Shown: positions 1 through 10,395, counted from the stretch's first letter. The stretch: 64,000 nucleotides of DNA from a virus (IMGVR_UViG_3300031673_000022:1-64000), one strand, 5' to 3'. Program-made: numbers and translations. Notes: generated by a model not told the origin, from the letters alone.

Positions 1-49
1 CATGCCCTTGTTCCAAAGGTTGTCGAAGGTACCAATGATCTTTGCCATG

Positions 50-2455
50 TTAGCCTCGGAAGGTGCCTTTCCTGACAACGACGGGAAAGTCCGCCGTGCC
101 GCTTGTAGAGACTGCGCCTCCACCCATGTTCTCGACGCTTCTGATTCCCTTGCCGGTTTGACCCAGCGATACATGGAAGTTGGCTGTCTTCTTTTTAGTC
201 GGCTCCGCGCGGAATTCCTGCCCAAGAAGATCGACCACAAGATCGTTTGTGAACGCAGGTACGGCAGCGTTCGTCCAAGCCCGGAAGATGTCGTCATCAC
301 GGTTGAGTGGCTTGATCAATCGGTTGCCGCGAGCACGGACGGTTGCGAGTTGCAGGGCCAGGTGCGTGTACGGGTACATCGACGGGTCGAGCGTCTGGTT
401 GACCATGAGGTCCATAAACGGGACCTCCATGGCAGGGAAGAGGCAGTCACCCTGTTCAAGCCGTGAGGTCAGCATGAGGGCGTCAGCCATGTTCAGGGAG
501 TAGTGCTCTGCGATGAACGCTGGGCGCTCGCTTCTCCGAGCAAGGCCATGTAGCCAAGAGCGACGGGCCGTCTTATCGTTCAAGGGTCCGAGAGAGCCGA
601 AGCGTTGCGACAGGTCCTGAATCTGATGAAGTGATCCCCATTTGTCGTAGAAGACGGCTACAACATTCAGGGAGTCAACCAGCTCTACGATAAGGTTCTC
701 GTACACGTCGGCGATGTTGATGTTGCGTGTCTCGGTTGGCTTCACTTCGAGAGCGAAGTCCGTGATGAACTTCCCTCCAAGCCCCATGCAACCACAGACC
801 ACAGCCAGCGCGTTGTTGGACACCGCGAGGTCAACGCCCATGATGTGCATGCGTTGATGCAGAGGACGGCTGATGATGTCGGTAAAGAAATCCCTTGAAG
901 GACCAAGCGCGGCGAGATCGTCCTCGGTTAGCTGCTGGACATGCGTGGGGATGACGCCGATCGAGTTCTTGTCCAGGCGTGCGCTCAGGTAGCTGGTCAT
1001 GTGCGCGCCCATCGGCACGTCCATATCGATCGTGTACGCCTTGATACTTGGCCGGATGAGTGGTCCGTAGCGCTTCTCGATTGCCATTGGGCTACGAAAC
1101 GCCTCTGTTACGATGTTGGTACGCTGGATCAGCGGGTCGTCGGCCAGCGGTGGCTGCGCCCCGAAGTCTCGGGCGAAGCTCGGCTTCTGTGCCTCGCCGA
1201 TCTCCGTCAGGAGCTTGAGCGTGTTCTCCGGGTGTGCTTCCCACGTCGCCCAGTGCCTGCGTATCGTGCGCTTGTTGCGCGCCGACTCACGGTAGATGGT
1301 CATGAGCGGGTCGCTCATTTCACGCGGCGACGAGATGTTGATGCCCATCGCGGTAGGCCATGAGCACGCGGGGTTCCTTTCTACCTCTTTGGCGAAGTTC
1401 ACGCGCAGCGTCATGCAAGCGTTGTTCAAAGCGGCGTAGGTCTCCGGGCCGTTCGATCTCTTACTGCCACTCGCCGCACCGAACCAAGCAAGCTCGTCGA
1501 TGGCGTAGCCGAAGCGAGTCGATCCACGGAGGGATGAAGGGTCGTTCGCAGCGAAGTAGATGAGCATCCGCTTATGCTCGAACCACAGGTATGTCTCCAA
1601 AGCCTTGACGGTTACAGGGATCCCGTTCTTCTTCCCCTCCTCGTCACAAACCTCTTTGTAGCTCTTGAACCAGGACGACCCTTGGAAGAGCCCATTGAAC
1701 GTCGACCACAAGGTACGCTCGGACTGCTGTTTCGTCGTGGCCACAAAGGTAAAGTCGATCACCTGCCCAGGCGTTAGACCGTACTCCTTACTCGGCAGCG
1801 GGAGCATCAGATTACGATGGATCAGGTAGCTTGTTACCATTGAGGCCAAGGCACTTTTCCCAGCGCGCTGCCCGATGGAGGCTACGAGTTCGAGAGGATC
1901 GACAAACGTTCCTCCCGCTCTACCCATCTCCTTTGTGTACCCGCAGTGAGGGCACTTGCCGAATTCCAACAGCGCGACGTTCGACATCACTATCTGGATG
2001 TTGTCGGCGACAGGAATATCACTCACATAGTTGATATCAGTGCATCGTGGGCACCACTCCTCGAACAGAGCGAGCAGCACCTCCGCCTGCTTGCCATAAG
2101 GCGTCATTCCCAGGAAGCGACGGTCGGCGCACCACGAGATGACGTTGGGCGCCCAGTCGACGAGGTCATCCGCCTTTGACGTAACTGCGATTGCCTGCGT
2201 GTGGTCGAGGTCGCCCGCGATGATGCGACTGGTCAAGTCGTCGATATCGGGTAACAGGCTCTTAAACCTTGAGACCATCATGTCAGTCTTCGGCAATGTG
2301 ATGACAGCGGGAGCCTTAGTGGTAGTCTCCGGCTGCTGCTTCTTAGGCGTTGCCTTGGCCTTCTTCTTGGCCTTCTTTTTACGCTTCTTGCGCGCGGGCA
2401 CAGCCAACTTAGTAGTCGTTACATCGGCGTCGTCGAGCTTCTTGCGTCGTACCAC
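50..2455 (-). CDS. terL: Terminase large subunit
   Basis: Walker A-like GQRAGKS, Walker B YAIDE, motif III ISSP, RNase H-like nuclease motifs MGVDLA and FYDKW; CxxC pairs near the N-terminus and a Lys-rich N-terminal tail. Confidence 0.85.
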   Translation of the reverse strand: MVRRKKLDDADVTTTKLAVPARKKRKKKAKKKAKATPKKQQPETTTKAPAVITLPKTDMMVSRFKSLLPDIDDLTSRIIAGDLDHTQAIAVTSKADDLVDWAPNVISWCADRRFLGMTPYGKQAEVLLALFEEWCPRCTDINYVSDIPVADNIQIVMSNVALLEFGKCPHCGYTKEMGRAGGTFVDPLELVASIGQRAGKSALASMVTSYLIHRNLMLPLPSKEYGLTPGQVIDFTFVATTKQQSERTLWSTFNGLFQGSSWFKSYKEVCDEEGKKNGIPVTVKALETYLWFEHKRMLIYFAANDPSSLRGSTRFGYAIDELAWFGAASGSKRSNGPETYAALNNACMTLRVNFAKEVERNPACSWPTAMGINISSPREMSDPLMTIYRESARNKRTIRRHWATWEAHPENTLKLLTEIGEAQKPSFARDFGAQPPLADDPLIQRTNIVTEAFRSPMAIEKRYGPLIRPSIKAYTIDMDVPMGAHMTSYLSARLDKNSIGVIPTHVQQLTEDDLAALGPSRDFFTDIISRPLHQRMHIMGVDLAVSNNALAVVCGCMGLGGKFITDFALEVKPTETRNINIADVYENLIVELVDSLNVVAVFYDKWGSLHQIQDLSQRFGSLGPLNDKTARRSWLHGLARRSERPAFIAEHYSLNMADALMLTSRLEQGDCLFPAMEVPFMDLMVNQTLDPSMYPYTHLALQLATVRARGNRLIKPLNRDDDIFRAWTNAAVPAFTNDLVVDLLGQEFRAEPTKKKTANFHVSLGQTGKGIRSVENMGGGAVSTSGTADFPVVVRKGTFRG

Positions 2456-2506
2456 GTGTCTCCCGCCTACCCAGTATCTACCACTCTAGTGTAGAGGACG
2501 TACCCA

Positions 2507-3424
2507 GTGACAACTATTTCCGCTCGTCTCGTCGAGGACTCGATATCCGCTGCCGGTGTTCGTCTATCTACACTTGAACTTCGCTACCCAAGGTTCTTCC
2601 ATCAAGAGTTGCTTACGCACCGAGCGATGGCGAGAAATGCCTCCAGTAGTCGTGCGATACCGACGGCAACCATGCTACGGATGCTGGAAGCAGACCCCGC
2701 CCTTCCGTTGCACATCGGCCTCGACCAAAGAGGTATGCAGGCCACGAAGGAGGTCGAGGACTCAGGTCAACGAATGGCCGTGCTCTCGCTGTCTAAGCAA
2801 GCACTACGTAAGGCCATCAGGGCAACGAAGGAGATGACGGAGTTGTTTGGGGTCGCAAAGCAGGTTGCGAACCGGATCACCGAGCCCTGGCAGCACATCA
2901 ACGTCATCGTGTCGGCGACCGACTGGGAGAACTTCTTCGCGCTGCGTTGCCACCCCGACGCGGAGCCGCACTTCCGTGCGCTCGCGTGGCTCATAGCCGA
3001 CGCCTACTATGGATCGACTCCCAAGCCCGTCGCTGCCGGTGGCTGGCATCTTCCTTACCTGATGCCTGAAGATATGGACCTAAGCATCGAGGTTCAAAAG
3101 AAAGTCAGCGCGGCTCGCTGTGCCCGTGTGAGCTACAAGTTGTTCGATGGGTCGAACCCCAGCCTCGAAGGTGATCTGGCGCTTTGCGACAAGCTCCTGG
3201 CGGGTCTGAGAGCAGGGGGAGGTGAGCCTGGGCATCTCAGCCCGTTCGAGCACCAGGCACAGGCTCTGGCGTCCGCAGACGAGCGCTCAGGGCCGTTCCG
3301 GGGGTGGCGCCAGCACCGCAAGGAGTACGTCGGCGAGAACATGACGTTCGACTACGAAGCCGCAAAGGCCAAGGGCTGGCGCGACACCGCGCTCGCCATC
3401 TTGGAAAAACGTAAAGATCCATGA
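2507..3424 (+). CDS. thyX: Flavin-dependent thymidylate synthase
   Basis: ELLTHR...NASSSRAIP, NFFALR, ARCARVSY and HLSPFEH motifs typical of phage ThyX. Confidence 0.9.
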   Translation: MTTISARLVEDSISAAGVRLSTLELRYPRFFHQELLTHRAMARNASSSRAIPTATMLRMLEADPALPLHIGLDQRGMQATKEVEDSGQRMAVLSLSKQALRKAIRATKEMTELFGVAKQVANRITEPWQHINVIVSATDWENFFALRCHPDAEPHFRALAWLIADAYYGSTPKPVAAGGWHLPYLMPEDMDLSIEVQKKVSAARCARVSYKLFDGSNPSLEGDLALCDKLLAGLRAGGGEPGHLSPFEHQAQALASADERSGPFRGWRQHRKEYVGENMTFDYEAAKAKGWRDTALAILEKRKDP

Positions 3425-3600
3425 CTCCTCTGCCCTTACCTGAAGCACAGCATTAACAAGTCACCAAAAAGATTAGCGCCCCGAGGTCAAAGGAGAGTTG
3501 ACACCAGACTTGGTATGGGGTTACGAAATACATCCCAAAGCACACGCCAGCCCGCTGTTCTATGAGCTAACAGCAGGCGGTACTTGGGGGAGGGGGAAGC

Positions 3601-3858
3601 GTGACTAACAACCGTTCGGAAGAATACTCGCTGCACGAAAAAATCCGCACCCTTAGCGAAGACAACAAGGCACTCCTTGAGGCTCTGCGTCCATTTGCTG
3701 AACTTTGCGAGGCTTTTTACGGCAAGCAGCGCGGTCTCGCGCAGTATGTCTCGTTTGTCGCCCATGTGGATGAGGACGCGATCTATGCGTTCAACAACGT
3801 TTCGATCACGTTGGGGGACCTGCGTCGCGCGCGTGCTCTACTCAGGGGTCGCGTATGA
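3601..3858 (+). CDS. Hypothetical protein
   Basis: GGAGG SD upstream; overlaps the next start (ATGA). Confidence 0.6.
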   Translation: MTNNRSEEYSLHEKIRTLSEDNKALLEALRPFAELCEAFYGKQRGLAQYVSFVAHVDEDAIYAFNNVSITLGDLRRARALLRGRV

Positions 3859-4232
3859 GCGCACACACGTCCAAACTACGAAAAGAGATCGAAGTTCTCG
3901 ACGCAAGGATCGCCATCTGGAGGAGGTCTGCTCTCGCTGCTTTCCTCGCGGTTGCGATCTGTGTCGGCATCACCGCAACCGTGGTTGCTGCCGGCATCGC
4001 GTACAACAAAGAGTTGCTTAGGTACCGGGAGCATTGCGTACACCCGGAGCAAGTAGTTCAGATGGCGAATATGGCTTCAGCCCTGGTCAAAGTCAACGAC
4101 CAGTGTTTGGAACTTCACCGCCATACAAAGCAGTCATTGCAAGACAACCTTCCGCTTATGTTCGCGGAAATTCTAGGGGGGGATAACGATGAAGAGGTGC
4201 CCGAAATGCGTGACGACCAAGACCCTTACTGA
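3855..4232 (+). CDS. Hypothetical membrane protein
   Basis: One hydrophobic segment (ALAAFLAVAICVGITATVVAAGIAY) followed by a helical region. Confidence 0.55.
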   Translation: MSAHTSKLRKEIEVLDARIAIWRRSALAAFLAVAICVGITATVVAAGIAYNKELLRYREHCVHPEQVVQMANMASALVKVNDQCLELHRHTKQSLQDNLPLMFAEILGGDNDEEVPEMRDDQDPY

Positions 4233-4650
4233 CTTCTATGCCGTGGCTGCGAGGAGTGATGGCTACGCTTCTTGGTGCAAGGTGTGCTCGAACTCCGCCC
4301 GCCCGAAGCACAAGAAGTCGATAAAGCTCGTCGATTACGCCATCATTGCAAAGGTAGTGTCCAAAGAGGGAAAGCCGACGACGTGCCCGAAGTGCTTCAC
4401 GCTGGACGTTCCGTCCAACCGTATGCGGGGGCGCATAGTGGAGGGCGAGGTGAAGTGGTCATGCTTCTCCTGCCGACAGGAAGCATTGAAGAAAGCCCGT
4501 CATGTCATCCTCTTCTGTGACTGGTGCTGCGACGAGTTCTCTGTCCCACCGTCAGCATCTAACAAGCGCTTCTGTGCTACTGACTGTGCTAACTCTTGGC
4601 GAGCAGCAGTGGCTTCTCGTCGTTCGCGCGCAGCATTGGAGACCCCGTGA
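4189..4650 (+). CDS. Multi-zinc-finger protein
   Basis: Six Cys pairs (CPKC, CKVC, CPKC, CFSC, CDWC, CATDC); N-terminus resembles phage HNH/endoVII-associated Zn fingers. Confidence 0.6.
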   Translation: MKRCPKCVTTKTLTDFYAVAARSDGYASWCKVCSNSARPKHKKSIKLVDYAIIAKVVSKEGKPTTCPKCFTLDVPSNRMRGRIVEGEVKWSCFSCRQEALKKARHVILFCDWCCDEFSVPPSASNKRFCATDCANSWRAAVASRRSRAALETP

Positions 4651-5180
4651 CCATCGAATTGCTCGGCCTTGGATATCGCAAGCGCAGCGGCAAAGATACG
4701 ATCGCTGACCACCTCGTCAGGACGCAGGGTTTCGTCAAGGTGTCCTGGGCAGACGCGCTCAAAGAAGGCGTCAACGCCTGGCACGGTTGGGATGAACGCC
4801 ACGCCTATGGCGATCTCAAGGAGGTAGTCGATCCGTACTGGGGCTACTCACCGCGAGAGGCGTACCAGAAGATTGGCACCGATCTGGTGCGCAACCAGTG
4901 GATGCAGGACTTCTGGGTCAAGGCAGCCATGCGCCGCGTAGAGAAACACCAACTAGCGGGGCGTCCGGTCGTCCTTGCCGACGTACGCTTCCCGAACGAA
5001 GCCGCTGCCATCCTCTCGCTCGGTGGCGAAGTATGGCGCATCGACCGCCCCGGCCTCCCGACCGAGGACCTGCACGAGTCAGAGACCGCGCTCGATGGCT
5101 TCGACGGATGGACCCGCATCGTTGAGAACGACGGGACGGTGGCCGATTTGCTCGACAACGCAACACGAGGGATAAGATGA
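4647..5180 (+). CDS. Deoxynucleoside monophosphate kinase
   Basis: P-loop GYRKRSGKDT, DVRFPNE and HESE motifs of the T4 gp1-like family; GTG start at 4647 with GGAG SD. Confidence 0.9.
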   Translation: MTIELLGLGYRKRSGKDTIADHLVRTQGFVKVSWADALKEGVNAWHGWDERHAYGDLKEVVDPYWGYSPREAYQKIGTDLVRNQWMQDFWVKAAMRRVEKHQLAGRPVVLADVRFPNEAAAILSLGGEVWRIDRPGLPTEDLHESETALDGFDGWTRIVENDGTVADLLDNATRGIR

Positions 5181-5314
5181 TAGAAGCGATCGGGATAGGT
5201 ATCTTCATTGTCCTCATCTTGGCGTCCCTGACAAAGACACGGGAGTGCCGCGTGTGCTCACGGGAAATAAGCAAGAACGCGAAGATGTGCCCAGGATGCG
5301 GCGAGCCATACTAA
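5177..5314 (+). CDS. Small membrane-anchored zinc-ribbon protein (45 aa)
   Basis: Read directly from the sequence: MIEAIGIGIFIVLILASLTKTRECRVCSREISKNAKMCPGCGEPY; ATGA overlap with the previous stop. Confidence 0.65.
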   Translation: MIEAIGIGIFIVLILASLTKTRECRVCSREISKNAKMCPGCGEPY

Positions 5315-5563
5315 GCGGCAGTCGTCAAGTGATTTGTCGCTGCTGACTGGCATAAGCCTGTCCTGTTTCTGACAAGTCAGATTCCTGAGCATATTTGGAC
5401 ACTTACGGGGGCGCCCCCAGCCGGTTTCTGAGGCCGTTTGGGCGCCTCTGTGCCCGCTACTATGGACGCTCAGCTATGACGTTCCTGGGGCCTCCCAGGC
5501 GCTCCTGGTGGGCCTCTGGGCCGATCTTCCTTGAGGATACCTACAAAGATCGCCGCAGATCCC

Positions 5564-5594
5564 TTGACGGTTACAAGGGGGTGTCTACTATAAT
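5564..5594 (+). promoter_or_regulatory. Sigma70-type early promoter
   Basis: TTGACG at 5564, TACTAT (16-nt spacer) overlapping TATAAT; AAGGAG SD before ATG 5615. Confidence 0.7.
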
Positions 5595-5614
5595 GGGGAA
5601 AGAAGGAGAGCCCC

Positions 5615-6931
5615 ATGACTGAGAACAACGCCCCCGCCAACGTCTTCGAGATCCCGGGCGCCAACCTGGCCGGGTTCGAGGAGAAGATTGGCAAGCTGGT
5701 CAAGCGCGCCGCGAAGCTCAAGGTCGGCGAGATCACGTACGAGATTCTCTCGACCCGCACCGAGCCCATCATGCGCTGCGGGGGCCTTCGCGGTACCGGG
5801 CTCACCGTGTGCTCCTGCCTCAGCCACCTTCCCCATGATCTCTACGACACGGGCGCTGTCCGCACCTTCCACACCATCGAGGTCAAGGGCGACGCTCCCT
5901 GCCTCCCCGGGGGCTGGCGACTGCTCGCGGCCATCGAGCCGCTGACCGCCGAGGTCAACAGCGTGCTCCGCGTCCCCGGCGACGAGACTCCGCTCTCAGC
6001 CGACTTCTGGACCTGCGACATGCGCTGCGACCATTGCAAGACCAAGCGGGCGCGCAAAAACTCCTTCCTCGTCGTCAACGACGCGGGCGACATCAAGCTC
6101 GTCGGTCGCAACTGCATCGCGGACTTCCTCGGCCACGAAGATCCCAAGGCCATCCTGAGCTTCGCTCAGTACCTCTTCGATGCTGTCCGCCTGGGCGGCG
6201 AGGCAGAGGAGATGGGCTGGGGCGCTGGGTCCAACGAGCCCCTCGCCTACAGCCTCGTCCACCTCCTCGCAGACACCTCGGCCTGCATCCGGGCCGGTGG
6301 CTGGGTCTCCAAGGGTCGCGCCTACGAGACGGGTGACCGACCGACCGCTGCTGATGTCATCACGCTCCGCAACCCGCCCCTCCGCAACGCCAAGGATATG
6401 ATCCACTGGCGCGAGTGGGCGCGCGTCCGCGAGGCGACCGACGAGGACCGCGCTGAAGCTGAAGCGGCTGTCGAGTGGGCTGCCGCCATCGACCTCGCCA
6501 GCGCAAACGACTACCTGCGCAACCTCGCGACTACGGCCCGTGCCGGATTCGCCATCGACAAGACCGTGGGCATCGCCTGCTCGCTCCTTCCGACCTTCCG
6601 CCGGGAGCGTGACCGCAACGCTGCGCTCGCTCGTACCGCCGAGAGCAGTGCCGGCTCCAGGTTCATCGGCGAGGTAGGCAAGCGTGAGTGCTTCATGCTG
6701 ACGGTGACCAAGCACCTCACCTTCGATGGACAGTACGGAGTCACGCACCTGTATCTCTTTCACGACGCTGACGGCAACGTCTTCAAGTGGATGGCTTCCC
6801 GTGGCCAGGACTTCGATGTGGGCCGCACCTACACGGGCATGGCGACGGTCAAGAAGCATGATGACTACAAGGGCATCAAGCAGAACGTCATCACACGCGG
6901 CAAGTTCGAGCCCTCCGCCTTCGCCGCCTAG
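5615..6931 (+). CDS. Phage protein with Zn-binding motif and probable C-terminal OB fold
   Basis: CDHC...VGRNC motif; C-terminal beta-rich region (DADGNVFKW...ATVKKHDDYKGIKQNVITR); strong promoter and SD. Confidence 0.6.
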   Translation: MTENNAPANVFEIPGANLAGFEEKIGKLVKRAAKLKVGEITYEILSTRTEPIMRCGGLRGTGLTVCSCLSHLPHDLYDTGAVRTFHTIEVKGDAPCLPGGWRLLAAIEPLTAEVNSVLRVPGDETPLSADFWTCDMRCDHCKTKRARKNSFLVVNDAGDIKLVGRNCIADFLGHEDPKAILSFAQYLFDAVRLGGEAEEMGWGAGSNEPLAYSLVHLLADTSACIRAGGWVSKGRAYETGDRPTAADVITLRNPPLRNAKDMIHWREWARVREATDEDRAEAEAAVEWAAAIDLASANDYLRNLATTARAGFAIDKTVGIACSLLPTFRRERDRNAALARTAESSAGSRFIGEVGKRECFMLTVTKHLTFDGQYGVTHLYLFHDADGNVFKWMASRGQDFDVGRTYTGMATVKKHDDYKGIKQNVITRGKFEPSAFAA

Positions 6932-6942
6932 TCAACCAACTG

Positions 6943-6971
6943 TTGACACCATCAACCTCTGCGCGTAGGTT
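6943..6971 (+). promoter_or_regulatory. Sigma70-type promoter
   Basis: TTGACA-17 nt-TAGGTT, 9 nt upstream of ATG 6981. Confidence 0.55.
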
Positions 6972-6980
6972 ACAGTCATC

Positions 6981-7151
6981 ATGGCTAAGAAGAAGCACAA
7001 CAAGCCCCTCGTTCTCCGCGTGCGGAACCGCCTCGCCATTTCGGCTTGGAACCGCTCGGGGGCGGGCTCGCACGGCGACCGTCGTAAGGAGACCGCGCGA
7101 CGGGCGTGCCGTGGGAAGGTGCTCGATACTGCTGTGACGGATGTGGCGTGA
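6981..7151 (+). CDS. Small basic protein (56 aa), absent from the ORF track
   Basis: MAKKKHNKPLVLRVRNRLAISAWNRSGAGSHGDRRKETARRACRGKVLDTAVTDVA, directly after a promoter. Confidence 0.65.
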   Translation: MAKKKHNKPLVLRVRNRLAISAWNRSGAGSHGDRRKETARRACRGKVLDTAVTDVA

Positions 7152-7436
7152 GGTCTACGACGTGGAGACCTAAGTCGTCATTGACGAGCTACGATCTTCG
7201 CGCCATTACGAGCAATCGCTGTGGATGCGGAGCCGAGTGTGCTGTGCTTTGGGTCGACCCGTTCGTCGCCGAGGGTATCCGCTCCCCACGCCCCGACTGG
7301 GGAGAAGACCCCGAGGGCCGGCGCTACTTTTGCCACGACTGCTGGGTGAGCCGTTGGATGGAAACGTAGGGGCAGGGTCGTCCTTGCTTGCTTGATTCCG
7401 CCTTCGATGGCACGATCTCCGACCGAGGATTACACC

Positions 7437-8327
7437 ATGAAGAGTCTCGTTCTGTACCACGCCTCATGCGCAGATGGGTTTACCGCTGCTTGGGCTGCCT
7501 GGCTCGTGTTTGGCGACACAGGGGCCGACTACAAGTCCATGCAGTACGGCAAGGGTCCACCTGAACTCATCAAGGAGACGGGTGACGCCATGATGTATGA
7601 GAACATCTACGTTCTCGACTTCAGCTTCCCGGCTTCGGACCTCAAAGCGCTGACGCATCACGCGCAGGGCAACGTCATCCTCATCGACCACCACAAGACG
7701 GCGCAGGCTGACCTCGCGCCGCTCATGAAGGATCCGCACCCCAAGATCGTGCTGTTCTTCGACATGGACAAGTCGGGGGCGATGCTGGCGTGGGAGCACT
7801 TCCACCCAGGCATCGATCCTCCCATGCTTGTCCAGTACGTCCAGGACCGCGACCTGTGGACATGGAAGCTACCCGGGACCGCTCCAGCTATGGAGTACCT
7901 CAGCACCCTCCCGTTCTCGTTCGAGAAGTGGGAAGATATCGACCTCCAACTCACCGATGATCGAGACTGGGTTATCAACCAGGGCGAGGCGATGCTGAGA
8001 TACCGGGATGCGCACGTCGAGCGCGTCACCAAGAAGCCGGGCTTCTGTCGTCTGGAGGGGTACCTCGTTCCCTGCATCAACGCGCCGCAGTGGCAGTCCG
8101 AGATCGGGGCCAAGCTGTCCCTTGACCATCCCTTCGCCGTCATGTGGTTCATGAACTACGAGGGCGGATTCATCTACTCGCTCCGGTCAAACAAGGACTA
8201 CCCCAAGCACGTCGACGTGAGCGCCATCGCCAAGATTTATGGTGGAGGCGGGCATAAGCACGCAGCGGGATTCCGCTCAAACGCGCCTCCGATGATGGTG
8301 GTCGGGCCGACAAAGGAGAGCGCATGA
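7437..8327 (+). CDS. DHH/DHHA1 phosphoesterase (nanoRNase-like)
   Basis: YHASCADG, LDFS, IDHHKT, QDRDLW, SLRS and GGGGHKHAAGF motifs. Confidence 0.9.
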   Translation: MKSLVLYHASCADGFTAAWAAWLVFGDTGADYKSMQYGKGPPELIKETGDAMMYENIYVLDFSFPASDLKALTHHAQGNVILIDHHKTAQADLAPLMKDPHPKIVLFFDMDKSGAMLAWEHFHPGIDPPMLVQYVQDRDLWTWKLPGTAPAMEYLSTLPFSFEKWEDIDLQLTDDRDWVINQGEAMLRYRDAHVERVTKKPGFCRLEGYLVPCINAPQWQSEIGAKLSLDHPFAVMWFMNYEGGFIYSLRSNKDYPKHVDVSAIAKIYGGGGHKHAAGFRSNAPPMMVVGPTKESA

Positions 8328-8363
8328 CCTGCCCCGCCGGCAAGAAGACTCCGTAGGACCATC

Positions 8364-8618
8364 ATGGCTAAGATGTCATCTATGCGTTGCGTATGGTGCG
8401 ACCACCGCAAGCCAAATGCTTTGCTTGAGCATGAGGACGGGCGGAGGCTCCGTGTCCACCAGCAGAACGACCGTGACACCTGCGCTGCCCAATACCTCAG
8501 TCGCTACGGCGCCGAGGGGTGGGCACTTCACATCGTCGAGCCATACATCGACAACTACGCCGAGAACAGGCGTAGGCGTAGGCACAATGCGAAGGCCGCG
8601 TTCGGGAACCAAGCATGA
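8364..8618 (+). CDS. Hypothetical protein
   Basis: ORF with AGGA SD and CVWC motif; ATGA overlap with the next gene. Confidence 0.5.
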   Translation: MAKMSSMRCVWCDHRKPNALLEHEDGRRLRVHQQNDRDTCAAQYLSRYGAEGWALHIVEPYIDNYAENRRRRRHNAKAAFGNQA

Positions 8619-8902
8619 AGCAGTTCAATGACATGATCGAAAAAGCCCACGCGAAGCTCGTCGCCGACGAGGCTCTCAAAAAGAACATCGAAATCCTCGC
8701 AAAGAAGCTGTACGAGACGAGGATGCCGGCTGACCTCTACAAAGAGATCATGGGCTACGACAAGCCGGCTTGGCGCGTGGACGGTCTGCCTTGGGACAAG
8801 TACCCTGACCTCGAAATCGCCGAGCATGAGCGAGATGACTACCGCTGTCAGGCAACGCTGCTTCTTAGAGACCCAGACCTCAACATCACCTTTCTACCGT
8901 AG
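8615..8902 (+). CDS. Hypothetical protein
   Basis: ORF with GC3-rich codon usage in the operon. Confidence 0.6.
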   Translation: MKQFNDMIEKAHAKLVADEALKKNIEILAKKLYETRMPADLYKEIMGYDKPAWRVDGLPWDKYPDLEIAEHERDDYRCQATLLLRDPDLNITFLP

Positions 8903-8910
8903 GGACAGCC

Positions 8911-9939
8911 ATGGCTGACGAAGACGAGATCGAATCCACTGACGCACCCCCTGGCAACCCCGCCTTTGTCCTTACCGGGGGCACGTTCCTCTCTACTGGC
9001 AGCGGATTCGACTACGACAACTCTACCTCGTCCTTCGGCAACACCCTGTCGGTCATGTCGTTTGGGTCTGTAGATGGGGTCGCGACCCCATCTGGTACGG
9101 AGATCCGAGGCAAGAGAACGCGCAGTAAGACACGCGACATCAACCCGAAGCTCTACTTCAAGTACGTCAAGAGCAAGCTCACAAAGGTCGAGGTGGACAA
9201 GCTCCGCCCCCGTGTCGCGAAGCTGCGCGGGCTTGCAGAGGACGCACTCGCATCGGGTCAGATCGGCCTGTACGAGAAGATCCTGACCCAGCTTGCGGTC
9301 ATGATCCGCGAGCAGGAGGCGGACGTAGCGGGCTTCGGCACGTTCGTGATGAAGAAAGACATCGACCGGTTCAAGGGCGTGGTTCAAGGGCGCGTCGTCG
9401 AGATGTGCCGCCTGGAAGAATTCCCACGGGTGCTTCCCAAGACCGTACAGAAGAAGCTCAAAGCTGTCCGGGAGAAGGGCCTGTTCGACGACTTCTGGGT
9501 CCTCCACACGAACCTGACAGGCGAGAAGGCCAAGTCCACCGCGAAGAAGATCCGCGAGAAGGACCCAATCCTATTCGGCGCATTCTCCTACGAAGAGGGG
9601 GGTCGCTTCTTCTACATCGACGACTGGGTCGACGAGTATTGCGACCTCACGTTCTCCGAGTTCACGCGGATGATGAAGGGCGTGGACAAGGACTACGAGC
9701 CGTCGGAGATGCGGGAGCCGACCGCCGATGAGGTGAAGGCCATCCTCGACGAGGTGAAGACGCACCACAGGAAGTGGCAGGACTCCTACAGACGTGACTG
9801 GCGCAAGGTCGCGGATGAGGCTGAGAACATCGACCGCGCTCTGGGAGCGAAGCCGGAGCCGGAGGTGGTGGAGCCGGAGGTGCCAGATGTGATCGAGGAG
9901 CCCGCGCCGGCCAAGAAGCCGTGGTGGAGGTTCTGGTGA
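8911..9939 (+). CDS. Hypothetical phage protein
   Basis: KDPILFG...FYIDDWVDEYCDLT motif; amphipathic C-terminal KKPWWRFW. Confidence 0.65.
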   Translation: MADEDEIESTDAPPGNPAFVLTGGTFLSTGSGFDYDNSTSSFGNTLSVMSFGSVDGVATPSGTEIRGKRTRSKTRDINPKLYFKYVKSKLTKVEVDKLRPRVAKLRGLAEDALASGQIGLYEKILTQLAVMIREQEADVAGFGTFVMKKDIDRFKGVVQGRVVEMCRLEEFPRVLPKTVQKKLKAVREKGLFDDFWVLHTNLTGEKAKSTAKKIREKDPILFGAFSYEEGGRFFYIDDWVDEYCDLTFSEFTRMMKGVDKDYEPSEMREPTADEVKAILDEVKTHHRKWQDSYRRDWRKVADEAENIDRALGAKPEPEVVEPEVPDVIEEPAPAKKPWWRFW

Positions 9940-9949
9940 AGGCGCTGTC

Positions 9950-10378
9950 CTAGGGCTCTTGCGAGGGAGGTTCTGTCTCCCCCTTCAGAGGCTCTGAGCG
10001 CCTCCCTGACGCGCGCCGCTTGGTGTCGAGCATCGCGGCAAGGGGAGCGGGGAGAAAGCTCCTGAGCGTCTTCTGAGAGTGTCCTGCGACGAAGCCGCAC
10101 AGGACCCCTAGCATGACCTTCTGACCCAAGGACAAGCTGGAGTCGATCCATGGTCCGGGGATGAACACGTAGCAGAACGTGCATGCCCAGATCGGGTACA
10201 CCGGCAGTAGCCGGTGAGGCATCTTCTGCCACAGCGGAGCCTCGGGCGGTTGCTTGGCAACGGCTTCAGGGAACACTTCGCCGAAGACCTTGATGCCGGC
10301 GACCACGCATACCATGAGCACGACGTTCCAGGCGTTGAACGTCTGGTTGTACAGATGCAGGATCTCGTCAGTGCTCAT
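9950..10378 (-). CDS. Holin-like membrane protein
   Basis: Three hydrophobic segments and a charged C-terminus; 142 aa. Confidence 0.45.
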   Translation of the reverse strand: MSTDEILHLYNQTFNAWNVVLMVCVVAGIKVFGEVFPEAVAKQPPEAPLWQKMPHRLLPVYPIWACTFCYVFIPGPWIDSSLSLGQKVMLGVLCGFVAGHSQKTLRSFLPAPLAAMLDTKRRASGRRSEPLKGETEPPSQEP

Positions 10379-10395
10379 CTAGGTGGACTTCAGCT

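Noticed and set aside
5314-5560. Intergenic region as ncRNA or replication origin
   Set aside because: Only short imperfect inverted repeats; no iterons or recognisable RNA motif could be supported.
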